Shown here: one piece after another, positions 51,786 to 64,000 of the stretch
Position numbering within the stretch: the stretch's first letter is position 1
How the letters are laid out: each line of letters begins with the position of its first letter
Origin: Tubiluchus corallicola
Taxonomy: Eukaryota; Animalia; Priapulida
Direction of reading: 5' to 3'
Assembly: GCA_030141605.1 (NCBI GenBank)
Contig: JAQGDQ010000454.1
Location: 1 to 64,000 of the forward strand
Length of the DNA: 64,000 nt
The notes under the pieces: model-generated
The model's input: the letters and a program-made list of their open reading frames with translations, nothing else
Databases searched by the model: none
Told to the model about the DNA's origin: nothing
Translations under genes and position numbers: made by a program

Positions 51786-52714
51786 CACTCTCGTATGCAC
51801 GTCAACGTCGTCTCTCATTTTACGATTTTTTAGTTTTTTAGTTATTCTGTACAATCTTAAAACTTATTTAAAGTAGTTAAATAATACTTAAACGTAGCTT
51901 GATTTTCATTAACCACGCGTCGGTGACATCACCTAATTTTCATAATAAATGCAATTATCCAACCCGACTTTATTTTTACTTGGACAAAAGGCTAAAAAGA
52001 CGATCTGTCATTTCTGCAACAAATCAATTAAAATGACTCAATCAAAATGAAAAGGTGACCTTGTTGAACGTGCAAAAGAGAACATTGCATAATGAAATTT
52101 CACTAAATTGGCCGTTGTACTCAAGCAATCAGGCAGGTATGAATGAATTCATAAAATACTTTATCAATTATGGCTCTTGTTGGCATGAAAGGCGCATACA
52201 GCCAACCACTTTGTCTTCCTTATAGAAAGCGCCCTCTGTGAGAGTAGGTAATCCTGCAAACCGGAAACGGAAATACATTCAATGGAATAATCGACTGCGT
52301 GAAATCTGCTTAGATCTGTCGTGTTACATGTATTACGCAGGAAATGAGGCTTTTTCTAAAGCTAACTTTTGGTGTTTTGCAAGTGAGGTTGAATAGCACC
52401 CTTATGCTGGATCCACCCTGATTTTCGTTGTAAATTCTATAGATTATTGACGTGAAAATTGTGCTTTTGTGTTACACTCTGTGCGCGCAATTATTATGCA
52501 CGACTGCCTGAGATGTGTGCGACTGATTTTTGATTTCTTGACTTAAGGTCCGACTCCAAGTGCGCGTAATGCATGATGCGTGATGCGCGATGCGTATACA
52601 ACAGTTTATATTCAAACACGTGGAAGTGTTTCCATGTATGCGTAAAGCGTAATCCGTAATGCGTGATACGTATTCAATCGAAAGTGAATACTATCGTCTG
52701 AATACGCATCACAC

Positions 52715-52991
52715 ATCGCCTTGCAACCCACGCTATTGTAATAGTAACAGTTTGAACAGCTAGCTAGAACCTTACCTAGTTCATTTCTTGTTATTTCCAA
52801 GCAAGATCCTGCTAGTAAATCACTCTACGAATAGACTAATGCATAATTAAGTAAAGTCCAGGTAAAACAACTGAAGTTACTGAACTAATGCTATGCGTTA
52901 TCGATTGTAGTTAAGACACGTGCTGTGATACACCTAACCTTTGACCTACAGCAACTGCGCTTGCGCACAACGAAATTGTGAAAAGGCTTAT
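52715..52991 (-). mobile_element. Family D MITE, partial
   Basis: Ends GTGAAAAGGCTTATT. Confidence 0.8.
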
Positions 52992-53419
52992 TGTTGTTTC
53001 TCCACATAATAACGTACATAGTTATAAGCAAAACGTTTGCGTTCAAACTGTTTGATCAAAGTTATTATTTTACCTGGCGCACACCTGGCGGCTAGTTCTG
53101 GAAGATTTTCTCTTTGTACCCGACAGCTGCCGACTTATTACAGTATTTGTCAGTTTCTTGTCAAAACCAGCGACGTGGTGGGTCTACAGAGTTGAAGTTT
53201 ATGGTGTCAAATCTTGTCAAATCTCAACTAGGTATTACATATCAGGAAATTGGACACTGGGGGTTTATGGCGGATTATTTTATTGCCGTCGTTGTTGCTG
53301 TTGTTGTTGTTGTTGTCGTTGTCGTCTTCGTTGTTAACATCTGCGTTTTGTGTTTTATGGTTGTTTTTCACTGCTGCTGCTGCAGCTACTGTTATTTGTT
53401 GTTGTTGTTGTTGTTGTTG

Positions 53420-53553
53420 GGGTCGGAACAGCATTGCGGGAGATTTAAAATGAAAACGGTACGACATATGCATAAAATAGCTGTAAAGTAATATAATTTT
53501 TCAAGGCGATTTTTCTGAAACCTACTTCAGGTACCCCTTTTCTTGTCCTTTAA
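53420..53553 (-). mobile_element. Family C terminal fragment
   Basis: Ends TTTTCTTGTCCT|TTAA. Confidence 0.8.
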
Positions 53554-53772
53554 GCATTAACCTGTCAAGGAAAATGTGAATCTGTCAACCAGTTATGTTC
53601 ATACGAATAATTTTGTACAAGAATCCTACAACTGTTTCAGGTCTCTAACACCTGCTGGTGGTATCTGTTCTCTGGACTGTGAAATTTGCAATAACGTGAT
53701 TACCTGGAATATGTACCTGTATCTTTGATTAATGCAGGCTTTGTATTGCTGTTCAACCCTCTAGAGGTCATG

Positions 53773-54247
53773 GTTGTTTTTGTTGTCTGTGGTTGGCACT
53801 TTCGCTGTCGTTGTCGTCGTTGCTGATGTCGTTGTCGTCTTTTTTGCTTGTTGTTGTTCTTGTTACTGTCACTGTCGTTGTTAACATCGGCGTCTCGCAT
53901 TTTAGGTTTGATTTTCACAACTTCTGCTGCTGCAGCTACTGTTATTTGTTGCTGTTGTTGTTGTTGTTGTCGTCGTCTTCGTCGTCGTCATTGTTGATGT
54001 TGTTGTTGCTGTCACTGTCGCTGCCGCTGCCGCTGCCGCTGCCGCTGTCGCTGTCGTTGTTAACATCGGCGTCTCTCATTTTATGTTTGAATTTCACAAC
54101 TTCTGCTGCTGCAGCTACTGTTATTTGTTGTTGTTGTTGTTGTTATTGTTGTTGTTGTTGTTGCTGTTGCTGCTGCTGCTGCTGCTGCTGCTGTTGCTGC
54201 TGTTGTTGCTGTCCCTATCAATGTCGCTGTCGCTGTCGTTGTCATTG
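53773..54247. repeat. Trinucleotide-rich insert with a repeated ~75-bp core, flanked by a 55-bp direct duplication
   Basis: Core GTTGTTAACATC..GCAGCTACTGTTATTTG at ~53330, 53876, 54056; flanks 53718-53772 and 54248-54302. Confidence 0.85.
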
Positions 54248-54689
54248 TGTATCTTTGATTAATGCTGGCTTGGTATTGCTATTCAACCCTCCACAGGTCA
54301 TGAGTGCAGGGCAGCTGCACTCTGTCATTGTTTGTGTCCGAAAGAGGAATCTGATATCTCTTGATGGTCAGTACATATTCAGCCGCTTATAATAGAAGCC
54401 TTTGTTCGTCTTGTTGACCACCAGATGAAACCTTTATCTGCTTTTGACCACTGAGCGTTGAATTGACCACTAGCTTGGTCAATATGCATGAACAGCTGCT
54501 GTTGTTTTATGACAAAGTTTAGTAAATAATGTCTGGAAAAATGGGGGAAAATGAAAACTGTGAAGTTTTTTAGTATATAGCTAGGAATCTTTCCCTTTCC
54601 TGTTCTTGCTTTTCATTTCATGTTTTCCTTCCTACATTCTCCTTCTACTCTTTTCTTTCTTTGTTTCTGTTTTCCTTCTTTCTTCATTT

Positions 54690-55210
<521 letters not shown>

Positions 55211-55512
55211 CCTGTCTTCTAATAATTGGTCTGCACCAAAACATTTATTAATGAACGAAATGTCTTGTTATGTTACTGTCCACTGAACTCAACGAACCCA
55301 AAGTCTGTGTCAAATGTATTGGATTAGCTACAGAAAAACAGGATAGGATTACGACTGATGTTGATATGTGTATAGCGCAAATTAAAAGCGATTGACCCAA
55401 TAAATAAGTGTTGTTAATATTAGGATTAAAACTTGAAAAACCTTGATCCACTTTGTTTTATAAGTTTAAATGTTATTAAGCAATGTAACAATGACAATTC
55501 AGATAAAATGAT

Positions 55513-56888
55513 TTAAATCACAAGACAACCCTCCACTTACATAAAGCTTAAAAAATTCGTCTTGAAATTGTATATCACTTACATACCGCCTTTTTGCATG
55601 CAGGGCTTGCATCGGCAGCAATGTTGTATAAAACTTATAAATTTTAATTCCTGTGATGACCGCTAGACGCAGCCATTTTGACGATAAGTCATTTGAAACA
55701 AGTTTAGATAACACTGAATAAAGTTGAAATAACTTTGAAAAATAATCAGAGCATTCGTAGAACACACGTCACTAAGTAATTAAAATTTTAAATTACTGTA
55801 GTTTGTCATTAACATTAAAAATACATTTTTGGTTAGCGAGTGGCGCACCCTGGATGGTGAGTCAGTGACATTTTGGCAATTGGCACGAACATTGTAAATT
55901 ATTATTTCTAGTTACATAACTTTTTCCAGCAGGTAAGCGAAACGTTAAGTAATATAGATTTGCATGGAAAGTTTTTTGGGACATAAATTCCTGATACCAC
56001 TTTAAGTAATAGAACACACAATTTAAAGCAAATTACAGTAAACAATAAATTTGGAAATAATTCTATATCAAAACAGGCCATACATTTATGGAACTTACTA
56101 CCCAGTGAAATAAAACTAATAGAATCTCTCCACCACTTTAAAAAGAAATTAAAAGAATATCAATATAACAGGTTTCAACTTCCACATTGTGCATCTGATA
56201 CTAATTACACAGACTCAACGTTCATCTACCCCCGCCCCTGACTCTATAAAACGATTAAAAATGTAATTTTTTAAAAAAAAAATTATGTAACGTAATACGT
56301 GTTATGTCAGTTTTGTAATGTCAAATGTATAAATAGTGTAAATGTAATGAGTGAAATTTATGTACTGTAAAGCATGTTTCTGTTAATTGTGTCATGTTAA
56401 ATGTATATATAGTGTAAAATATGTCATGTAAAATTTAATGTATTTATGTAATAATGTTTTGTAAAAATATTTTAATATTGCGTTTGTAAATATGTTCATT
56501 TATTGTATATAATTAGGCTTTAGTTTCGCACTTTAGTTTTTTTTTAGTATGCACTGGACGCCTTTGTCTTGAACTGTGTTGTTATTTTAACATTACGCTG
56601 AGGATTACTCGATTTTATTATAATGAGTGAGCCATTTTAATGACAAATAAAGAATTAATATATATATATAATCTAACACTTCCTTTTCTTCCAGTGATTT
56701 ACGTTGTTCGTATATGACGTCATGTAATGGCGCCGTAGGAACAGCATTGTGGGAGATTTAAAATGAAAACAAACAAAAAATCCTTTTAACGCGAGTACGA
56801 TATACGCATAAAAGTGCTGTAAGTAATATAAATTTTTAAGGCTATTTTTCTAAAACCTACTCCAGGTACCCCTTTTCTTGGCCTTTAA
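55513..56888 (-). mobile_element. Family C MITE split by a LINE insertion
   Basis: C sequence 55513-55987 resumes seamlessly at ~56670. Confidence 0.88.
55988..56669 (+). mobile_element. CR1/L2-type LINE 3' end nested in family C
   Basis: Open frame ..HLWNLLPSEIKLIESLHHFKKKLK..; AT-rich 3' UTR, AATAAA, (TA)n tail. Confidence 0.82.
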
Positions 56889-57604
56889 ACACACAAGAAA
56901 AACGTCAATCCTTAGCGACCACTCCACAACACAGGGTGCTGGGTCTCCCAAATTCCAGACTCGTGGGTGCTAAGACTTGAGACTTGGTATTGTGTTCACC
57001 AAATAGGATAATAAGCAGTTTCTTCTATCCTATTCGTGGCTAACCAATTATTATCACGGCAGCTCCTAACGTAGCAAGTACGTTCACAATAATATTTTCA
57101 CAATTTTGTTCAAGTGCTCAAGTAGTGCATGTCGAAACATGAAAAAAACACAAGAACTGGTTGAACAGTTCATATCTGTGATCATCCTAGCGACTTCTTA
57201 TCTTTTTGGTTTCTGTTTTTCCCTTTTTGGAAACGCCCTCCGATAGGAGCGCCCCGGGGAAACAGGTTCAGGTCCAATGCTCCGAGCGTAGAGCGGTTTG
57301 CTGTGCTAAGACCGTTGAACAGTTAGACTTAGTTACACTTGCTGTGCATAGTGGAGTAGACGTATGTTTATACACGTGTGCATGGAGAGAGATCTTTACT
57401 AAGACCATTTCTGCTTTTTGTGGATTATTCAAAAGCTGAATGGGTTTCTGAGGATTATAATGAAACAAAAACAAACTGTAAACTTGAACTGTTGTGTCTA
57501 GAAGTTCAAAACGTCGTTGATAATTCAGGAAGCGGGTAAAAATCTTTGAAGAAGTTCAGATTCTGCGTTTTGGCGGGTAAAAGAGTGGTCACATTGTGTT
57601 GTGA

Positions 57605-57946
57605 GAATTTTTATATCACTTACCTGCTATCTCATTGCATACAGAGCTTGTGTTATCAGATGCACTGTGTATAAGACTAGTAAATTTAAACTCCCGCGAT
57701 GACTATCAGACACAGTCATTTAGACGATATGTCATTTGAAACAAGTTTAGATAACTCCGAGTAAAGTTTGAAAAAACAATAATCAGAGCATTCTTAGTGC
57801 ACACGTCACGAATAGTTTTACTTTTACCGTTTTACTTTGCAAAGTAAAATTTTAAATTGCTGTATCTTGTAAATAAGATTAAAAATACATTTTTGGTTAA
57901 CGAGTGGTGCACCCCGGAGGGTGAGTCGGCGACATATTACCAATTG
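57605..57946 (-). mobile_element. Family C internal fragment
   Basis: Colinear with the left half of 37931-38609. Confidence 0.8.
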
Positions 57947-60127
57947 ATTCGTATTTTTCCTCTTTTGTGAAGAAAACTTTCCTCTGTTGTGTTGCTGTTT
58001 AACTATTGGTACTGTGTGTCAGCGTATAGAGAACTGAACCACGCTTACAAGCTTTTGAAACAGGTGATGCTGTTGCTTGGATACGGGATGAAGTTATTGC
58101 CCGTCCATCGTCGGCGGCGGCACATCAAAAGCGGGATGTGACATAATCATGACTCTTTCTCAGGTGAATTATTACGTCACAATCGTACCGCGTTACTTTG
58201 CTACAGGTAACACGTAGTTTGATAAATGACTGTATTCATTGGATGCTGTAGAATAAAGGCGGTTCAGTTAAGAGGTAATGTACAGAGAAACGCGATGCCC
58301 GTATTGTTAACCCTCAACTGCACAACACAGGTTCATTTATAGTGTTGATTCAAATTTCGGCACAATTTTTTTGCGAAACACTAAATTTCTTTAAAACTGT
58401 CTGGGAAACGGTAGACACAGTTTTTTGCGTTTTTACCGTTTTAACGACTGACTTTATTACCTTTCCTATGCGGTCAGAAATCTGGAATTGACAGTCAAAG
58501 TTTAATGTTTATTTCAGGTTTAACTAGGTTAAAAATACAAAAATGTCTAGCGATGAAATGAATTCATTTGTACTGTCAGTGAATTTTCTTCACTGTTTGA
58601 CTGATTTGTTTCAGTTTGCGTTTGTTACTAAACAGTTTTGTTATAAAGTTTATAAGTTTATCATGATTTTAAAGAAAAAGATGAAATATTTGGGTCAGCC
58701 AATAAACGATTGGCTTATCTATTCTTGTGAAGACAAACTTATCAGTTACATGTGATAAGATTTAGAATTTTCTGACATGCAAACTTTTTCATAAATTATT
58801 CAAGTTCTTATGCTAAACGGCCTTATTAAAATTTTATGCAAATTTCAGTGTATAAAAGGCATAAATGTGGGCAACGGTAACGTGAGAGCTTTCATAGAAA
58901 AACATGAAGGAAAGGGAAAATTGATTATAAACAATTTTTGTCCGTCTTCAACATAACCGATGAACCAGAATTTGTTAAGAGAAAGTAGATTTCGAACATT
59001 TGTCAAATTTTTTTCTCCCGTTTATCCGTCTGAACATGTTTCCTGATAAAATTTAATTAATTCGTCATTTAATTATGCTGCTATGGTAAACAATTATTTT
59101 TCTGTATCCATGGGCTCTCTTCTCGGCCATAGATCGGCAATCATGTTACTTAAATGTTCTACAAATTTCCTGTGAACCTTTTTCAGTGCCTCAGTCGGTA
59201 TCCGTGAATTAAGAGAATCTGACATGCGCATAAGATAACAGACGTTTTCTTGACAGTGACAATTCAAATCGCATCGAAGTACTTATCATAGTGTTTGATA
59301 AACAGAAATGCATCTGAGTGCATAACTGTGTAACAAGTAGCGTATCTGTGTATTAAAATTTCACACTCAAAATCCGTACTTATTTGATGAAAATGCCATG
59401 TTTTGTGCTACAAGCCGGCATTTGTGGAAGACGAAAAAAATCAAAAGCGACATCTAGCAGGCAAGGTAGGAAACGAAATTTTTCTGTTTTTTTTCAAGTT
59501 TTGTGCACTTGCAGTTTCTCTCAAACTTTTATGACGTAATTATTTTTGCATAAAGATTTTTGTTTTTATACTGCACTTTAAGTTTATTACGTTTTTACAA
59601 ACGCATGGAGGGATACATTAATTACTGATGTTTGAAAAACATTTGTGGTTGTTTTTGTGATATGTTTTCTTGTTTTGTTATTATTTCTTGAACGTATTTC
59701 TGTAAACAATTGGCGTTGATAAGGTAAACAAAAACATTATGAAGTAGGTCTAATCATTAGTGGATGATATGTTCAATAAACAAATGCGCGCGCAGGCTTA
59801 TGTAGTTTATGTATTTGTAAACAAACGATTTACACATATTTTTATATATGCTCTAATAGTGGGCAAATTAAGCAGACATTTTATAAATGTTTCAGATATA
59901 ATGTTTAATTTTCACTTAAGTTCCTTAGGCTTCCTCTTCTTTCTTTTCTTCTTTTCTTGTCTTCCTTTCTTCTTTTTTTCTTTTTTGTTTTTTCCTTCTT
60001 TTTTCTTCTTCTTTCGTTTTGGTTCGTTAATTTATCCAGGCAGTGCGTTCGTTTTTTGTAATAAATTTAAAGGACAATAAAACTCTTCGTAAATAAAAAT
60101 TAACAATGCCAATTCAGGTAAAATTAT

Positions 60128-60798
60128 TTAAATCACAAGACACCCTTCCACTTACATAAGGCTTAAAAAATTTGTCTTTAAATTTTGTACCACTTACATA
60201 CTGCCTTTTCCATACAGGGCTTGCGTCGGCAGTAACTCTGTATAAAACATTTATACTCACACTATAACCGTTAGATGCAACCATTTGACGATGTCATTTG
60301 AAAAAAGTTTAGATAACATTGTGTAACGTTTGAAAAAAATAATCAGAGCATTCGTTACGCACACATTACTAACTAAGTAAAATTTTAAATTACTGTATCT
60401 TGTCAATAAGAACAGAATCACGTTTTTGGTTAGCGAGCGGCGCACCCTGGAGGGTGAGTCAACGAGATTTTACCAATTTGTGAAAGCATTTTAGATAATT
60501 AATAATTTTCTTGCCTATCTACTTACATACGTCTTTCAAGCCGGTAAACAGAATGCTAAGCAATATAATTTTGCATGGACAGTTTTTTGGGACATAATTT
60601 AACATTTCCTTTTCTTCCCCTGATTTACGCTGCGCGTAGGTGACGTCATGTAATGGCGCCGTCGGAACAGTATTGCGGGGAGATTTAAAATGAAAACGAA
60701 CAAAAATTCCTTTCAACGCGAGTACGATGCACGCATAAAATTGTTGTAAAGTAATATAATTTATTAAAGCGATTTTTCTGAAACCTACTTTTCTTGTC
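60128..60798 (-). mobile_element. Family C, near full length
   Basis: TTAA|ATCACAAGA start; ends TTTTCTTGTC. Confidence 0.88.
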
Positions 60799-61298
60799 AT
60801 GTAAAGTGGCCAATGTAAGTGTTGGGTAAAGTCTAAAAATGCAAATGACCCTAGGCTTAAATTGCGATTTGGAACTCTTCGATCTGTAAGACTTTCAGCA
60901 TGTTAATGGCGGCTCTGCGAGTACCTAGCTCCTTGTATATGAACTGAAACAAATCACCTTCCAATCACAATGATTACTGAAGAATATTGCCGACGAATGG
61001 GCACATGGTCTGTCGATATGACTCACTTCCTGTTCCAATATCTCTGGGGCCGCCACCTCGCTTTTGCAGAGAGAGCCAACATTGGGAAGCCATACTGCCA
61101 AAGTCGGGTTTGAAGTCAACTGACTCAATATCCGGGAATGACTCGCGCATTAATATTTTATCCGGAAACTGGAATATGCATGAAGTAAACCGGTCTAAGT
61201 GATTATGACCTGGAGGTTATGATGTCATGGTGACGTAACGTGATGAGATGATTGGGCACAGTGTGTGTAATACAATACCTCTCGTAATGTAGTTCGAA

Positions 61299-61313
61299 AG
61301 CGCCATCTAGTGT
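61299..61313 (-). promoter_or_regulatory. CTCF-like motif
   Basis: Minus strand CACTAGATGGCGCT; a second CTCF-like CCATAGAGGGGGC ~30 bp downstream. Confidence 0.4.
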
Positions 61314-61527
61314 GCGTATTGTTAGAATTATGCCATAGAGGGGGCTTGTCGTCTCATTCAGGGATTAATTTACTTTATTACATAATCAATATAATTTTGT
61401 TTTTAATTTGGCTGTCGAGGCATGTCATAGGCTTGTAAAATTAGCAGTTACCCCCATTTTTAGATGGTGATTATACTCCCTTATCAACTGGAAATGAATT
61501 GCTCTTTAATGCTGTCGTCTATTTTCT

Positions 61528-61850
61528 GGTATTGTATTGTGTTGTATTTTATTTTATTGCATTGCATTGCATTGCATTGCATTGTATTGTATTGTATTGT
61601 GTTGTGTTGTGTTGTATTGCATTGTGTTCTATTGTATTGTATCGTGTTGTGTTGTATTGCATTGCATTGTATTACATTGTGCTTACTGTAGTGTTTTGCA
61701 TTGTGTTGTATTACGTTGTAATGTGATGTATCGTGTTGTGTTGTGCTGTATTGTTGCGTCGTGTCGTACTCTGTTGTGCTGTGTCAGGTCGTTGTGAGTT
61801 GTATTGTGCTGTATTTTCTGTTGCGTTGCTTAGCATTACGTTATATTGTA
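61528..61850. repeat. (TTGTA/TTGCA/TTGTG)n pentanucleotide repeat
   Basis: Visible degenerate array. Confidence 0.95.
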
Positions 61851-62325
61851 TCGTGAGAAGGGATACACACGTTAAAAAAGACCTGTTTTCTCGAGTATTA
61901 TTGCGCGGGTACGAAGCTAGGACTAGAGGAAATAGTTCAGTTAACACCAGGCGATGACGGATCAGCTTACAAACAAAACTTTGAATATTTATTAAATTCT
62001 GTAAAGCCAGGAACCACATAGTGAGGGGGCAGCACTGACCATCTGTTCACTTGGGGGCAGACGTGAGGTATAGAGTAGACAGTAGGCGTTTTGAAAGTGA
62101 ATTTGAAAGTAATTACAGGTGTACTTGTACCTGTAGACAGAATGACAGGTACGTTCACCTGTTTGTCTCACCTGGTTGTTTTCTAAGTGCACAGGTTCAT
62201 CTCTTGTTAATTTTACACGTGTAACATGTTTGAATGAACAGTTTTCAGACAGGCCCTCTGGCCTTCCGTTAGAGAGGTGTAAGTTGAAAGGATGTTTTTT
62301 AAACACATATAAGTTCGTGAAATAT

Positions 62326-62571
62326 ATCGTCATCATCATCGTCGTCACCGTCGTCGTTGTCGTCATCACCATTATCATCGTCGTCGACATCATCATCATC
62401 AAAAGCAGCAGCAGCATCGTCGTCGTCATTATCATCATCATCACCATCATCATCGTTACCATCATCATCATCGTCGTCGTCGTTATCGTCGTCGTCGTCG
62501 TCGTTGTCGTCGTCGTCGTCGTCATCATCATCATCAAAAGCAGCAGCAGCATCGTCGTCATCATCATCATA
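62326..62571. repeat. (ATC)n/(GTC)n trinucleotide repeat
   Basis: Source of the polyM/T/S ORFs. Confidence 0.95.
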
Positions 62572-63156
62572 ATATGCTCGTTACATATAATAGAATTCCT
62601 CCTTCAGGACAGATAAACACAGCAGTATATGCTCTTCCTGTAACGAATGTGATGGTAGTTTACAGGGCAACACCAGCTTGCTTTAGAATTTCGTGGATAA
62701 GAAACCAGAAAGAAAAAAATGGACTTGTAAACAGTTATAAAACGCAGTCATAAAAGCGAGTTAATAAGCGATTTTGCATTGCGTCTTTTCCAGTGCTGTA
62801 GATTACAGCTACCGCACGTGGTTTGGAATTTTTTTATGTTATTCTAAGATATGCTGGTAATTTGGAGAATATCTCGCCAGTGCTGTGTTTTCACTTTTAA
62901 CTAACAAAACCTTGGAGTTGGTTATAGTGCTCAGTAATAGTTTCTAAAAGTACTAATTAGCGAATGCTTTGGCAGTGATGCTCTGAAGCTTATCATGCAC
63001 ACAAGTAATTAAGCAGCAACCTGGCAGCGACTAAATAGGTCTAAAACAGAGTGACTAAACAGAGAGAAGATATACATTCCTTTTACGTGTGTGAGAATCT
63101 GAACTTCGTGCAAATAGGTAGCGATTAGTAGAACTGAATAGAGACCATGAACGATA

Positions 63157-63351
63157 TTAAAGCAAAACCAGAGTTAATGTTAAACTCTAGGACAAAACAA
63201 TCTACACTTTAAAATATTGAGAGAAAACGTACTATTTTTTCAAGAATGACTTACGTGTGAAAGAATTATACACAAACACAATTTCACGTTCGCGCCACTA
63301 GTTCTTCGTTGTTACATACATTTCACCATTCGGTAGCTAGACGGGCACTAG
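63157..63351 (+). mobile_element. Family B 5' part, truncated at a GA repeat
   Basis: TTAA|AGCAAAACCAG start. Confidence 0.85.
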
Positions 63352-63357
63352 AGCCTC

Positions 63358-63540
63358 AGAGAGAGGAGAGAGGAGAGAGAAAGGGGGGAAGAGAAAGGGG
63401 GAGGTAGAGAGGGAGGGAGAGAAAAAGAGAGAAAGAGGAGAAAGAGAAAGGAAGGGAGAGAGAAAGAGAGAAACAGAGAGAGAGAGGCGAAAGAGGGAGA
63501 TAGAGAGAGGGGGAGGTAGGGAGAGAAAAAGAGAGAGAAA

Positions 63541-63635
<95 letters not shown>
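63358..63635. repeat. (GA)n / purine-rich microsatellite
   Basis: Visible run. Confidence 0.97.
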
Positions 63636-64000
63636 TCTTGTAACATCGAAATGCAAGGAATAGTAACCGAAACTTCTTTACTATAGAGTCAGAAAGTCAA
63701 ACGTTTTATTGTGTTTTTTGCTGCAGAATTGCATTGAATTCGTGAATGAGCGTTCATGGAGGCTGCGAATGTTATTAACCTGATTACGTGCCGTTCCTAA
63801 TTGTTTACTGTTGTTTTTGTTCTGTAGAAGTAAAAACGAAGGCAATAATTCACTGACTAAACATCAACCGTTTGTATATTTTATGATTGGATTTGAAATT
63901 GAGACAGGAAACAGCATATGGTTTACAATAATTAATTCAGCAAAACAGTTTTTACTAACGGGATTATGTATTTGTCCTGTAACGTAGCGTGGCGTATCCA

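Noticed and set aside
60850-61200. Short ORFs or a possible CR1/L2 RT relic (LLKNIADEW..., ILPKSG)
   Set aside because: Ambiguous between a degraded RT and chance; no diagnostic motif intact
62190-62640. Possible shared exon (62195-62278, +) or minus-strand micro-exon (~62590-62637)
   Set aside because: Weak splice sites and no recognisable peptide

Overview
Eukaryotic, AT-rich, repeat-dense animal DNA, probably a bilaterian invertebrate (inferred from CTCF-like motifs and the transposon repertoire; the species cannot be identified). There are no prokaryotic features and no CRISPR array, and most ORF-track entries are microsatellite artefacts. A large part of the window is repeat: micro- and minisatellites; TTAA-flanked Kolobok-like MITEs (two families with about 9 and 12 copies, plus a single-copy third); hAT MITEs with 8-bp TSDs; a piggyBac-like MITE; a nested-inverted-repeat MITE family; a Helentron/HINE-like family; and degraded RTE, L2, CR1 and RTEX-like LINE fragments. 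Two repeat types stand out: a 5S-rRNA-headed SINE with a possible HDV-like fold, and two copies of a palindromic Penelope-derived element carrying paired minimal hammerhead ribozymes. In the unique DNA, nine + strand segments start at an ATG and end at a phase-1 GT donor, several next to RFX X-box, E-box or ETS motifs. I read these tentatively as an array of alternative first exons of one large unidentified gene whose shared exons lie beyond the window. All homologies were judged by eye; no database search was run.
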